Of a DNA stretch of 64,000 nt, positions 25,723-39,441 are shown in pieces (position 1 is the first letter of the stretch; the number at the start of each line of letters is the position of its first letter). This DNA is from Eledone cirrhosa (Eukaryota), in the NCBI GenBank assembly GCA_964016885.1, contig OZ024750.1, positions 45,570,001 through 45,634,000 on the forward strand, given 5' to 3'. The translations under genes were made by a program, and so were the position numbers. The notes under the pieces are model-generated. The model saw only the letters and a list, made by a program, of their open reading frames with translations, had not been told where the DNA came from and did no database searches.

Positions 25723-26260
25723 GCAAAAGTTCTATTTAAATTGTTGGGATACAACAAGCAAATATTTTTATAACTGATATAAAGCACTCGACAAGTATTT
25801 GGAGTAGATATACGATATTAACAAATGGAAACTATATTTATAAAACCATATTTATTTCATTATACATATTTCAAGGATACCAAGTTAAATTATGGTATGC
25901 CTTCATCAGACAAAATACAATATATACCAGTTTTATAAATAAACATTGACGTACCCTTTCAAAATACAACCGTTACTTTTGGAAGACATCAGGATCCTGA
26001 TGTCTTCCAAAAGTAACGGTTGCATTTTGAAAGGGTACGTCAATGTTTATTTATAAAACTGGTATATATTGTATTTTGATGTCTTCCAAAAGTAACGGTC
26101 GCATTTTGAAAGGGTACGTCAATGTTTATTTATAAAACTGGTATATATTGTATTTTGTCTGATGAAGGCTTACCATAATTTAACTTGGTATCCTTGAAAT
26201 ATGTATAATGAAATAAATATGGTTTTATAAATATAGTTTCCATTTGTTAATATCGTATAT
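25723..26260. mobile_element. Family C fold-back element centred on GGATCC, with a 79-bp direct duplication in the right arm
   Basis: Centre 25994/25995. Left arm from ~25808. TGATGTCTTCC restarts at 25998 and 26077. Confidence 0.88.
26151..26215 (+). ncRNA. Type I hammerhead ribozyme (family C); mirror copy at 25853-25917 (-)
   Basis: TATTTTGT CTGATGA AGGcTTACCA..TGGTATCCTt GAAA TATGTA TA ATGAAATA. Confidence 0.8.
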
Positions 26261-26661
26261 ACATACATATATATATATGTGTGTGTATGTAAGTATGTAT
26301 GGATGTATGTATGTACATATATATTGATATGGATAGTATTTTCTTTACTAAAATACTCTCTTTAAAAACAATAATTCCAAATATACCAGCTCAAGGCGAT
26401 AGGTATATAGTTTGTTAGTTCTTTGTGAATTCCTAGTAATAATGGCATAAATGATAAAGGATATTTAATATGAAGTGTTGAAATGTGGCCCCAGTGGGCA
26501 CTCGTGATCATGCTACACGAAACTCATGCCAGAAAACCACGTCAGCGACCTTTCTAGATGTATATATACCGGGTAAATTGATATTCTAGTCCACCAGTGG
26601 TGGTTTGTGAGGACTAAAATGTTATTTACCTGGAGTCTAAATCTAGTGAATTGCATCCCAC

Positions 26662-26710
<49 letters not shown>

Positions 26711-26745
26711 GTGAGTGGCGAATAAATATATACATACATATATAT

Positions 26746-26847
<102 letters not shown>

Positions 26848-27413
26848 ATAATAATAAATTTGAAGACTAAAATCCAAAGAGGGCTCGATAAGGATAAATA
26901 TATATCAAATATATCAGAACCGTCGAGCAAATATCTTTTAAAATAACAGATTAAAGTTTAAGCAAATTAATCGCTGCTTTCACCCTTAACGGGATCTTCT
27001 GAAAGAGAAGATATCGTTAAGGGTGAAAGCAGCGATTCTCTGCTTAAATAGATATATAGATATGCATATATATACACATAAACATACATATGTCTATATA
27101 TATCTATACACATTTAAGTATTGGTCTCTGGGGGCGGGCAGATGCGTCAGTGTGCGCATATTGTAAGTCGTAGTTTAAAGGTGAGCCCTTTTCTGTTGAT
27201 ATTCGTGGTTTTTTGTCCCTAGACTTCAGACAATTAATTGCCGCCCAAGAAAAACACCGAGTAGCTATTGACAACGGAATTTTCCCTAAGTGCATACACG
27301 TATATATATATACATGTTACTTTAGAATTTCCCACTATGCTCTCTATGATATCAGATATATACTTATTTCTGTGGCAGACTATATATATATATTATATAT
27401 ATATATATATATG

Positions 27414-27530
<117 letters not shown>

Positions 27531-27538
27531 ACGCATAC

Positions 27539-27603
<65 letters not shown>

Positions 27604-27703
27604 TTTATTTATATATAAATATATATATATTTATATATATATATATGTATGTATGTATATATATAAGAGTGGAAGTTACTTAAATCGATGTTGCGATATA
27701 TAT

Positions 27704-27771
<68 letters not shown>

Positions 27772-29528
27772 GGAAACACCCGAACACGTGTGTATTCGTG
27801 CGTATGAATGCATTCATTGGCGTGTGTCGAAGTGCGCGTAAAACAGTTACGGTCTTTTTTTTCTATTTTTCCGCGTATGTGTGGTTTGTATATTTTCTAC
27901 TGTTTTCGTGTATGCTAGTAAGCTGATATTTCTTGGAACAATTATATCTAATAGTTGACTTAAATGGAATGTATTATGTTGGCATTTAAACATCTTTTTT
28001 TGAAAGTCACAGCTTTACAGCAAACACACGAATTAAAAGTCAATTTTTCTTTCTCTATTCAAACTCTCTTTCCTATCTACACATCTTTTATTCAGCTCCT
28101 TTCTTTTCTTAATTCAGCCCCCATACACCATCCGTTCTAACCCCTAAATATATTTTTTTATGTTTCTCTCTCTCCCTTATTTTAATTTTTTTTCCTACTC
28201 CATAAAACGCTTCCTTCGTTTTTGTTTCGCTGATTTGATTCGAGGGCAAAAAAAATTTGCGAATGTAGACTTCGTGATTATAACTCGCTGTATTTGTTAC
28301 TGATTTTACTCTTAATGTTTTTGTTGTGTTACTCGATATTTTTTGTTATTGATTTATGTCATTACTTTCTTTTTACTTTTGATATTTTTTTATATTATTT
28401 CCATAGATTTTCGTTTTTGTTTTTGCTGCTGTTGTTGTTTCAGTTGGTGTCAGCGTTTTTAACTTTTTTCTCTAGTCATGGTTGCTAAGCCTATAGTTAT
28501 GGTCTCTGTTTTTTGATAATTATTTCTATAGCTCAACTAAAATACACCCATTGTGTGCATCAATCGGAAATTCCTTATCCCAGATATGAGAATAGTATTT
28601 CAGTGTAAGCATAATTTGAGCTTCGTAAGTATTGTCGTGGGCTCACATATACGATTAACCATAAATACAAAACAGACTTTTATTTGTTGAAAAATAACTC
28701 GTCGGATTTGTTCGAAACTTTACCCAGTTTCCCAGAATCCCGCATATGGAACTTTGGAATGTTATTTTCAATATATCAGGTAACTGGGTTACATGGGACT
28801 AAATGTCCCATGTAACCCAGTTCAACCTGCTTCAGCAACGAGTGGTTGGCGGTAAAACCGGCTACCCTACCAGGCCCTGGTCTGATGAAAATGTTGAGTG
28901 GAACTCTAACAGCAACAGAAACAGAGATTTAAAGGGCTGATGAATATTTCGGAATCAACGTCAATTAGCCTGACTAACCTACCATTCGCCAACCGTCGTT
29001 AGTCCGGCTGGCATTTGACGTGACCATAATCAAACAGAAAGCCCTGAAGGTCAACCAGGGAGGGATTCCCGGAACAGGAATGAGATATCTGGATTGGATT
29101 TGATTTAGAGGGGTTAACTTCTTCTTTCCTCATTTCGGCCTCAATAAAGCAAAATATTTTTCCGAAGGTGTCAGAGCGTAGGAAGGGATGGACTTTTTAC
29201 CGACTCATTGCCATTCGAGAAATCAAATGTTATAGTTGATCCACAATAAGCGAACCAGGGTCCTTCGCCGCAGTTTTAGCTGTTGCAAGTATTCGAGTAG
29301 CAATTCATGGTAAATTCCTTCACCCTCCCATCAGTATAAAAAATCCTCGCCTCTGAAAGAAATGTTTTCTTAATGTGCAATGTTCTCCCGCACCACCAAC
29401 TCTGAACAAACTGTAAAAGATTTTGAAGAATATGGAAATAACATCAGAGGTTATTAAAGCAAAGATATTCTATATATATATAACTGCACTGTCCACAGGT
29501 GTTTTTTAGCCTTCATATCATGTTCTCC

Positions 29529-29599
29529 TGTTTTATCTGATGAAAACACAAATATTATTGCATGATGATGTTTGTTTTTGAAATGCGCATAATAAAATA
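29529..29599 (+). ncRNA. Type I hammerhead ribozyme (family B copy ~29490-29635)
   Basis: TGTTTTAT CTGATGA ..GAAA TGCGCA TA ATAAAATA. Confidence 0.82.
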
Positions 29600-29629
29600 C
29601 ATGGAACTCCTTTAACCATCTTTTGATCT

Positions 29630-29709
<80 letters not shown>

Positions 29710-29864
29710 AATACAATATTGGAGAAAGCTTTTTAACGATACTCCGGCCAAATTCCAACTCACTCAACAAACATCAGGAAATAAGTGATTATATTCCCAA
29801 TTATGTGTTCGGGGTGCTAACTAAAAGTATTGCGTGGAAAATTGGCTGTATTATTTCAAATGAG

Positions 29865-29898
<34 letters not shown>

Positions 29899-29904
29899 AA
29901 TATA

Positions 29905-31100
29905 TCCAAAACAACTCTGGAAATTTCTACACCAACAGTGATATAGACCGCCTCAACTTAAAACGTAAGCAGGGAGGCAGATGTCTAACATCAATCGAGA
30001 CAGCATTTGTTGGTAACATCATATCCCTCTAACAACATCTATGAACCACTAAGCGCAGGAGCCCATAGCTTTAGCAAGTCTCTCTACATGAGATAGATAA
30101 GATCATGAGTGTTGGAAACGAGTTTCTTGAGAAGTAATCCCTGCATGAAAATGCAATAACGCAGCGAATCCATGGATGAAAAATTGCATGATTATCAGCA
30201 AAAAATCATGCATGCATATGTCGCGAGGAGGCTCCAGGGTGAGAGTATTATAGATAAGCAAACCAGTTTTTTTGGAACCACACCTGCTATATTGGTTCTC
30301 ACTTTGAAGGATATGTGTTTGCATTCGAAGAACAGGAAAAATATTCCTGATTCGCAAAAGTGTTAGGGATGCAGGCAACAGACCTAGCTGTGGGAACAAA
30401 TGCAGACTCTGCAGAATTAACATCGAAGATGTCACCCATGTCATAAACAATTGTCCGAAGATGTCATCGCGGTGCTCTCTACCTATTAGGCATGACGTAA
30501 TAGCCAAAGCGTTACAAAATGCAATCCGTCGAAATGATAGCCCCGACAATAAACATATTGAAATTGACAGCAATGTGGAATGCAAATTCATACATAATAT
30601 GAAAGAGTACAGGTGGAATGTTCCAGGCAAAACTACAATAAAATGAGAGTATGACTGACTAGGTATAGTGACACAGGACATGGAAAAGAAGGCAGTACAC
30701 AGTAGTGGAAGTCTACTACCCAGTATTTGCCAATATATTATAGTATCGGTAGAGAGTCGGACACCATGCTTTGCAGCATAGAGTTACGGTGCTTTATGGT
30801 CTGAGTTCAAATCCCGCCGAGGTTAAGTTTGCCTTTCATCCTTACGGGTTCGATAAAATAAAGTACCAGTAATGCACTGGATAATTGCTGGCCTTGTGCC
30901 AAAATAAGTAACAATTATTAAAGATTAGCGAAAATGAGACTCGCTATGCAGAACTAATGAGAAATCTGCAGATACCCTAACTATGCCTTCAGTTTTATAA
31001 CTAGGGTCATTGGGTCTCGGGGATAGGTTAATAACTGCCTCAGCACAAATCTTGAGAAACTGGACTAAATTAGGAAGTTACATTAATCCATTAATAGAAC
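29905..31100 (+). pseudogene. Decayed R4/Dong-like non-LTR retrotransposon 3' part (restriction-like endonuclease type), interrupted by a SINE at 30742-30918
   Basis: SDIDRL.L.RK.GGR.L..IE motif. CCHC knuckle CRLC-x8-H-x4-C at 30401-30454, followed by RHD.IAK. K..RYAEL after the SINE. Frameshifts and stops throughout. Confidence 0.75.
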
Positions 31101-32117
31101 TGTAAATATATGTAAAACATTCCAAACATTATGCATGTAATAACTGCATATACAAATTTATGGATATAAAACATATGCATGTGTACACATATAACTCAAA
31201 GTATACTACCCTACAGATATAATAACAATACCTGCAAACACACCGATACAAACAAATATGCACACACACATGGACACAAGCATATACACACTCACCAAGC
31301 TAGATATCTACACACAATCCCACCCTAACCACCATCTCCCCACATTATATATATATATATATATATGTGTAGATAAATCTACCAAAATAGAGGGTAGTGT
31401 CAAATCCGTATGAAGAACTCAATGTAATCCAAATATCAGGAAAAGAGAATATACATTAAAACATTTTCTATGAAAATCAGAGGAAAACAGAGTCCTGATA
31501 AGTTAATAAAAACAATGAAATAAAAACAAAGAACAAGTTCCTTATATTAAAACATTTATAATTTTACGATCGTTTTTAGGATGTATATGTGTGTTGGTAT
31601 GTATATCATATAGATCTATGTAAAAATGTTACAAACTATCAGAGGAAATATACATACCTTCATATATACATGCTGTCTTCAGAAATGATGAGATTTGTTT
31701 ATTGAAAAAAAACAAACAAAGATTTAATATAAAAGGTCTGTTTGGGAACAGGTTTTGAATTGACCAATAGAGAAGTAGTTAGAGGTCTAGTTGATAGAAT
31801 AGTAGTAGAAGAAATTTAATTTAAGAGTAGAGGAGTGCAGACTTATGTTTTGACTGAAAAGAATACTTTGAATGAAAATAATACTTTGGGGATGAAAAGA
31901 GGTCAAGCCAGTGAAAGGTACACGAACATTTGATGTTATATATACCAAGGATGTTGTATTAGCTAATGCGGCATTTTTAAAACTATGTTTGTGGGTATTA
32001 AATCTTACCTTAAATTGATTAGATGTAGCTCCTATATATGAATAAGTGAAGTCCTTAGTGTTAATTTTACATTTATAGGCTATGTTATTAATAAGACAAT
32101 TTCTCTTTAATGGGCAA

Positions 32118-32369
32118 TTTAAAAATGCCGCATTAGCTAATACAACATCCTTGGCTGAAACAATTAATAATTATAGAAAGAAGAATATCGATTACAACCC
32201 GACCTGGAGTGTGCTCAAATGGGCCACCCCTTATCAAAATAACAGATACGAGTGTAGATTATGCTCCCAGGAACTTTTTGAAATCATGAAATCTAAGGAT
32301 ATCCTATTAAATAAGCGACAGGAATTAATTATATCTTGCAATCATAGAATTAGAAGAAACCTCAAATAG
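32118..32369 (+). pseudogene. C-terminal part of a Penelope-type GIY-YIG endonuclease
   Basis: TSLA..I...K...Y...WSVL..A.PY....C.LC..E...I......LLNKR.E....C.H pattern, directly upstream of a hammerhead-containing 3' region. Confidence 0.75.
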
Positions 32370-33086
32370 TATAAACCTAATTAATATACACCTTACACTT
32401 ATATTTTACGTATTATTATAATTGTTTTTTTTAAATTTAGTTATCCTATAATTAGTACTTTATTACAGAGAACTTCATAATTTTATTTCCCTTCTACAGC
32501 TCTTTTTTCCTAAAATTAATACCTAAAAGTATACCTATAAATTAATTTAATTTCCTGTTATGAATCTAGATTCCTTGCAGTTTATATAAGATTGGAATTT
32601 CTCACTACTACCCTTATCCCAAATTTTTACTTTCCTTCGTTTTTAACAAAATTCTTTAATAACATCTAATTCTTATTTATCACTTTCATATGAATTAATA
32701 TAAATGTATCCCTATAAGTATACCTATCAATTAATTTAATTTCTTCTTATAGATCTAGATTCCTTGTGGTTTAAATAAGATTGGTATTTCTCACTAATAC
32801 CCTTACCCTAAAATTTTATTTTCCTTCGTTTTTAACATTATTCTTTAATAACATAAAATGTTCGTGTACCTTTCACTGGCTTGACCTCTTTTCATCCCAA
32901 AGTATTCTTTTCATTCAATGTATTCATTTCATTCAAAACATAAGTCTCCGCTCCTCTACCCCTAAATAAAATTTCTACTACAACTATTCTGTCAACTTGA
33001 CCTCTAACTACTTGGTCAATTCAAAACCTGTTCCCAAACAGACCTTTTATATTAAATCGTTGTTTGTTTTTTTCAATAAACAAATC

Positions 33087-33222
33087 TCATCATTTCTGAA
33101 GACAGCATGTATATGTGAAGGTATGTATATTTCCTCTGACAGTTTGTAATATTGTTACATAGATCTATATGATATACATACCAACACACATATACATCCT
33201 AAAAACGATCGTAACATGATGA
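33087..33222 (+). ncRNA. Hammerhead ribozyme with ~100-nt stem II, core G12 mutated (family D)
   Basis: TCATCATTT CTGAAGA ..long stem.. AAAA CGATCG TA ACATGATGA. Confidence 0.6.
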
Positions 33223-33271
33223 TTTTTTTAATATAAGGAACTTGTTTGTTTTTATTTCATTGTTTTTATTA

Positions 33272-33349
<78 letters not shown>

Positions 33350-33377
33350 TATGTATATATATATATATCTAGGGCGG

Positions 33378-33880
33378 CTAAAATTCCCGAGATCCATGGA
33401 CTAGTTCTCTCCAGCGGTCTCTGTCCCTCATTATCGCTACCATGTCCTGCCTCTCCAAGAGACCAGTGTCTGTCCTTAGGGCATCAACATATGTTACCCT
33501 TGGTCTTCCTCTTCCAGTGTGTCCATGCAGGATCTCCCACAGGAGCACTGAGTGCAATGTCAACTCTGGATGTCGGTGAGCATGTCCAGCTAACCTCAGT
33601 CTCCTCTGTGTCACTTTTCAGCTGACTTTTGAAAGGCTCCCGTACAGCTCTGAGTTTTTTTATCCTCAGTGTATACTGCTTAAGGTTCAGAGCCATCCTC
33701 ACCATTCTTGTGTAGCACCCATCCACCATCTGAGTGAGTTTCTTGGTCAGTGTCCATGTCTCAGACCCGTACAGCAGCACAGACTCCATGCAGCAACGAG
33801 GAGACGGGTCTTCAGGTCTTTACGAAGGTCCGACTTCCACACCGATCTGAAGCTGTGGCACGCCGCCCAGGCTTTGATCT
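33378..33880 (-). mobile_element. Decayed RTE-like LINE 3' fragment
   Basis: ESVLLYGSETWTLTK..DGCYTRM.R.ALN and RRLRLAGH..RHPE..RGRP..TYVD..DR..WR, with frameshifts. Confidence 0.85.
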
Positions 33881-33904
33881 TCTTCTCGACCACATCATCT
33901 TCCT

Positions 33905-34100
33905 AGTGGAGGTGGTAAAAACCAATTAGACCATTACTCACCGCATTACTCGATAGTTGAGGTAGAAGAGTTGGTAATATAAACAAATCAGGACCCCGAC
34001 CACTCAACTTTGGCTGTTTCAACAGCTAGATCTCTCACACGAGTTCGGATCTAGCTGTTGAAATAGCCGGAGCTCAACCGTTGTTGTCCTGAATTTTTCA
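33905..34100 (-). mobile_element. Diverged family A' fold-back copy
   Basis: TTTCAACAGCTAGATC..GATCTAGCTGTTGAAA centre; CAGGACCCCGAC arm. Confidence 0.65.
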
Positions 34101-34103
34101 CAC

Positions 34104-34143
<40 letters not shown>

Positions 34144-34153
<10 letters not shown>

Positions 34154-35144
34154 CGTAAGATAAGAAAATTATAAAATTATTAAAAAAATTATATAATTGA
34201 CTTACTTACTAAAATATCACTTCCAACTAATTAGTTTCTGGAATGGAGTAAATATATTTTCCGAAGAACATACAGAAAAACATTCCGTCGTCAGGAAAGT
34301 CTCTTTTCGTGTAAGTTTCCAGGCATAGCGAGGACTCTGGAAACTTATTAAAAAAATAATTCAGTGGAGAGGAAATAGCGAAGCGTGGACTGAAATCCTA
34401 GCCATTGAGCAAATCACTGTCTCTACGTCCGTGGCAAATTCAAAAAGAATCAATCACATGACATCGAGGTCAATCAGTGGAAAGCGAGTTGTTAATAAGA
34501 CAGCGGCCTGCTTACTACTATAGCAGCAGTCATGGCCAATATTGCTCGACAAATGAATTGGAGATAATTATAAAGAATTTATATCTAGTAACATTTATAT
34601 ACATACAGATGCATACCAATTCATTTGTCGAGCAATATTGGCCATGACTGCTGCTATAGTAGTAAGCAGGCCGCTGTCTTATTAACAACTCGCTTTCCAC
34701 TGATTGACCTCGATGTCACGTGATTGATTCTTTTTGAATTTGCCACGGACGTAGAGACAGTGATTTTCTCAATGGCTAGGATTTTAGTCCACGCTTCGCT
34801 ATTTCCTCTCCACTGAATTATTTTTTTAATAAGTTTCCAGAGTCCTCGCTATGCCTGGAAACTTACACGAAAAGAGACTTTCCTGACGACGGAATGTTTT
34901 TCTGTATGTTCTTCGGAAAATATATTTACTCCATTCCAGAAACTAATTAGTTGGAAGTGATATTTTAGTAAGTAAGTCAATTTTATAATTTTTTTTATAA
35001 TTTTATAATTTTCTTATCTTACGTCTCTCATATTATTGTTCTGCAACCCCATGCATTGAACCACAATGTTACTAAGACAAAACCTATAAATCTGCTAGCA
35101 TTGATATGCATCTGTATGTATATAAATGTTACTAGATACAAATT

Positions 35145-35150
<6 letters not shown>
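34144..35150. mobile_element. Family L fold-back element: 418-bp near-perfect inverted arms
   Basis: Arms 34144-34561 and 34616-35033 with only a few mismatches, flanked by (TA)n. Confidence 0.92.
34877..34958 (+). ncRNA. Type I hammerhead ribozyme (family L); mirror copy at 34219-34300 (-)
   Basis: ACTTTC CTGACGA cGGAATG..CATTCCa GAAA CTAATTAG TT GGAAGT. Confidence 0.8.
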
Positions 35151-35220
<70 letters not shown>

Positions 35221-35222
<2 letters not shown>

Positions 35223-35357
35223 CGATAGTCTGCGGTACTGGGACCGGGCAGACATCAGATAAAAGAAGTACTCAACACAGAGTATTAGATGCAGAATGGA
35301 TATATTCATGAAAGTAGAGGATCTACTGCGGTAGATCCTCAACTTTCATGAATATAT
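35221..35357 (-). mobile_element. Family I short element with terminal 27-bp hairpin
   Basis: ATATATTCATGAAAGTAGAGGATCTAC-tgcg-GTAGATCCTCAACTTTCATGAATATAT. The minus-strand tail TTGAGTAC..CGTT(AT)n resembles family A. Confidence 0.55.
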
Positions 35358-35362
35358 GTATA

Positions 35363-35500
35363 TACGAGGTGTGTCAGAAAGCAAACAGGACGGGAGTCAC
35401 AAGAAAGAAAAGAAAAGTAATTCAAATCCAAACTACAAACAACAAGATTTCCCCTACGAAATAATCGCCATTGAATTTAACACATTTCCCATCGTTTAAC
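35363..35500 (+). mobile_element. Possible mariner-type terminal remnant
   Basis: TA-CGAGGTGTGTCAGAAAG resembles mariner TIR starts; no partner TIR was found. Confidence 0.35.
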
Positions 35501-36155
35501 AGTTAATATCAACAATGTTGCAATACGTACTATTATATTTACCATACGTGAAAGTCTACCTCTATAACTGATGGCTTTATTCTGTGTACTCTAGTGTTTT
35601 ATTAAAGATAGTCACAAGCTAGATTTCACTAACACTAACAAATATGATTTATAACACACTGCAACTATATATGATTATTGAAGTACCAGAAGGAGAATGT
35701 GTCGTTATATACGGGACGGAGGAGAATATTGCAATAAATACTCCAAGTCACACGTCATTAGCAATGCCGTGATTTACAAGTTAATGGCATGGAAAATAAT
35801 CCATTATATTCCTTTATAAATATTATGTCGCCATATCTACTTCCTTCTGCTAAGAATTGACCAATCAATTGCCTCCTGTCTTACAGAAATAACTCAATAA
35901 TCTCTGAAGCTTCTTATACGCATCTTCAGCCCCATTGCTTCCTCTATGTTCTTCACTCTTCCTTCTCCCCATAGATTATAGCCATAGCACTTAATTATAG
36001 GCATCCCTCACTTTTCAGCCATTTACACTTCAACACATATCTTTCGCTCCATATTTCTCCCTCCACTCTAGCTCTCTCTCTCTGTCTCCCCCTCTCTAGC
36101 TCTCTCTCTCTCTCTCTTTCTATATTTCCCTCTCTCTCTATCTCTCTCTTTCAGT

Positions 36156-36201
<46 letters not shown>

Positions 36202-36343
36202 CTCTCGCTCTCTCGCTCTCTCTCTACCTCCACTATAGCTCTCTCTATGTCTCTCTCTCTCTTTCTCTCAATATATATATACATATATAATACAGTATAT
36301 ATATATAATATTGTATGTATATGATATGTATATTGTGTATATA

Positions 36344-36421
<78 letters not shown>

Positions 36422-36448
36422 ATATATACATATATATCACACACACAC

Positions 36449-36516
<68 letters not shown>

Positions 36517-37040
36517 ATTCTCTTAACTAGCTCTGTCCTCCATTCGTAAATTTCTCCTCTACACTCTCTCTCTCCCTCCCCGACTCTACATTTATATTTA
36601 ATTAGATATTACCCTCATTCTCTATCTCTTCTTTCCCTCGAATGACCCCACATTTCCTCCACCATTCCATGTTATATAGCACCAGGAGTCATCCTCATAG
36701 AATTTAAGTACTCCTTTCTCATTACTACGTTATACAAACGACCACGTTTTTGTAACAGTAATCTCTCTATTTCATATTTCTCCCTTAACCTCTCATTCAA
36801 GATGGAGTATAACTCTTTGTGATTGTTGCTGTCGTTGCTATTACTGCTACTGCTGATAATGGTGATCTTATGATCGTCGTGGTTGTTTAATTCCGGCTCA
36901 ACAATGGACTCTCCTTTGCTGTCGTTGATGGATCTTTATTTCTTACAACATCTGAACGTTCTGTTAACTATTTAGCATTTACCTTACTCTATATATTCTA
37001 TTATATTTTCATAAAGGCTTTATCTCACATATTATTGAAT

Positions 37041-39409
37041 GTAGAGGGTCGGACGCCATGCTTTCCAGCATAGTTACGTCCCTTTACGATCTGAGTTCAA
37101 ATCCTGCCGAGGTTGACTTTGCCTTTCATCCTTATGGGGTCAATAAAATAAAAGTACCAGTAATGCACTGGGTAATTGCTGGCCTTGTGCCTAAAGTAGA
37201 AACAATTATTGAATCTATGAGATTTTGACGTTACTTATTTTGAGAAAAATACTATAACATCAGTATGAGTGGCCAGTTGCAGAGATGTTGAACAGAAAGA
37301 GGTGAGAGAATTCTGGCCGAGTACCATGGGTTTAAATGTTAAAGGGTTAACTTATCCTGAAGCTGACTGAATATTTGATAAACTCATCCAACCACGATAT
37401 AATTCACAGATATAATCAACGTGACACAGAATGATCCCTTCCTTTCCTCTCACCTATATTGATGACCTCGAAACAGGAACTGAGCGCTACACTTCCTACT
37501 CTGATACGGTCATTAGTATTGGCAGGTATCGGTAGAGGGTCGGACGCCATGCTTTGACGCATAGCGTTACTGCCCTTGCCATTCTGAGTTCAAATGCCGC
37601 CGAGGTTAACTTTGTCTTTCATCCTTACGGGGTCGATAAAATAGTACCAGTAATGCACTGGGTAATTGCTGGCCTTGTGCCAAAAGTAGAAACAATTAAT
37701 AATTGTTTCTGATTGAGGAACAAGGCCAACAATTTGGTGGGGAGTGGGAAACTCGATTAAATCGACCTCAGTCGGTACATTATTTCATCGATTGACCTCG
37801 GCGGGATGTGATCTCAGACTACAAAGGGCCGTAAATATATGCCGCAGTGCATGATGTCCGACGCTCTACCGATTGTGCCAACCCACCACACTTAATTACG
37901 TGCTCATTAATGATAAAAATTAGTAGTCTCTCCAAATTCGTTTTGAAGCCATCACCATTCTACCTGTTTCTATTCAGATTCATATCCTGGATATATCATG
38001 TAATATATCGATTTTCCTTTTACACGGTTAGATATCATCGGTGGATTGGCAGTATCGGTAGAGGGTCGGACGCCATGCTTTCCAGCATAGTTACGTCCCT
38101 TTACGATCTGAGTTCAAATCCCGCCGAGGTTGACTTTGCCTTTCATCCTTACGGGGTCGATAAAATAAAAGTACCAGTAATGCACTGGATAATTGCTGGC
38201 CTTGTGCCTAAAGTAGAAACAGTTATGTACTATGCTTTAATAAGTCTAAAGCGGCGAATTGGTAGAGTCGTTAGAACATCAGATACAATGCTTTATGGTA
38301 TTCGTTCCAGCTAACTGCTCTCTGAGTACAAGTCCCTCGAAGTCAACTTTGCCTTCCATGGATTCGGGGTTGATAGAAAATGTCCTAGTCTAGTACTGGG
38401 GTAGGTTCTTCCTCTGTATCTTTCTCTGGAAGAAATCTATTGTACTTAGACCCGGAGAGGAATAGGCTCCACCATGCTTAAATTGGCCAATAAACTCTGT
38501 GTGTCAATACGGTGCCCCTACAACTCTATCAGGAGTTACGGGACCTTACATACATACTCTGCTACTTTTGCTTGTATTTCAGGCATTTCGATTGACTATA
38601 TAGTGTCTTCCTGGATCAATAACGGCAGTTAATTTTACATGAAAAATATAACAGAGACATTAGTAGCAGAGGTTATATTTTGTTTGATGGTCATCGATAT
38701 CAAAATTTAAATATATTCATTGCATCTATACTTTGCGCTCCTCACATTTGATATATCGATTGCTTTTTTTTTTTTTTCAGAAGTAAGCCAATTTTTAGTA
38801 ATATAGTGTTATCTATTCATCGAACGATCGCTACAATATTTCCGATACTACTCGGAATATAAAGCAACAAAATACACTATGGCAATTTTCGAACTCAACA
38901 TTAACCTATCACCCTATAATAAATACAATCATAGTGTATTTACAACTTTTAGTAATATCAATCACATCTTTAAAGTTGAAGTATTCAGTGATTTATTCTT
39001 TACTATTTCCAGCTACATGTGTGTTTTGTTTGGTTCTTGTCATTAGTTGTCTTATTCCTGAATATATACACAGACGATATGACTCATTTATCAAAAGACA
39101 AATTGGTCGACAGATTTCTTCTCCGCCTTCATGACTAACCTGTTATGTTTCTGGTCCTTCCAGCTGATGATAATTGCCGCATGTAACATGATAAGTCGAA
39201 GACTGATTCGGTGAAAGTATTATTTCTAAGGTTGGTGGATTGGCAGAATCAGTAGAGCATCGGACAACTTCTTTGTGGCATAGAATTACGGTCCTTTACG
39301 TTCTGAATTCAAATCCCACTGATGTTTGCTTTGCCCTTCATCCTTATGGAGTCGATTCAATCGACTTTCCACTACCCCAAAATTGCTGGCCTTGTGCCCA
39401 TAGTAGAAA

Positions 39410-39441
<32 letters not shown>

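Larger units (their letters stand above)
31368..33272. mobile_element. Penelope-like element remnant (family D): endonuclease C-terminus, 3' UTR and hammerhead, with an inverted partial copy
   Basis: Inverted arms 31503-31931 / 32856-33272 and 31946-31981 / 32118-32154, flanked by (TA)n. Internal ~140-bp direct duplication (32527, 32716). Confidence 0.85.

Noticed and set aside
25997-26045. Second hammerhead in family C (CTGATG..GAAA..GTC)
   Set aside because: The core reads CTGATGT, and stems I and III do not pair.
38040-38130. tRNA genes
   Set aside because: The A/B-box-like heads continue into the SINE body, and no complete cloverleaf is evident.
37847-38314. 155-aa ORF and similar SINE-spanning ORFs
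   Set aside because: Read-through of SINE sequence.
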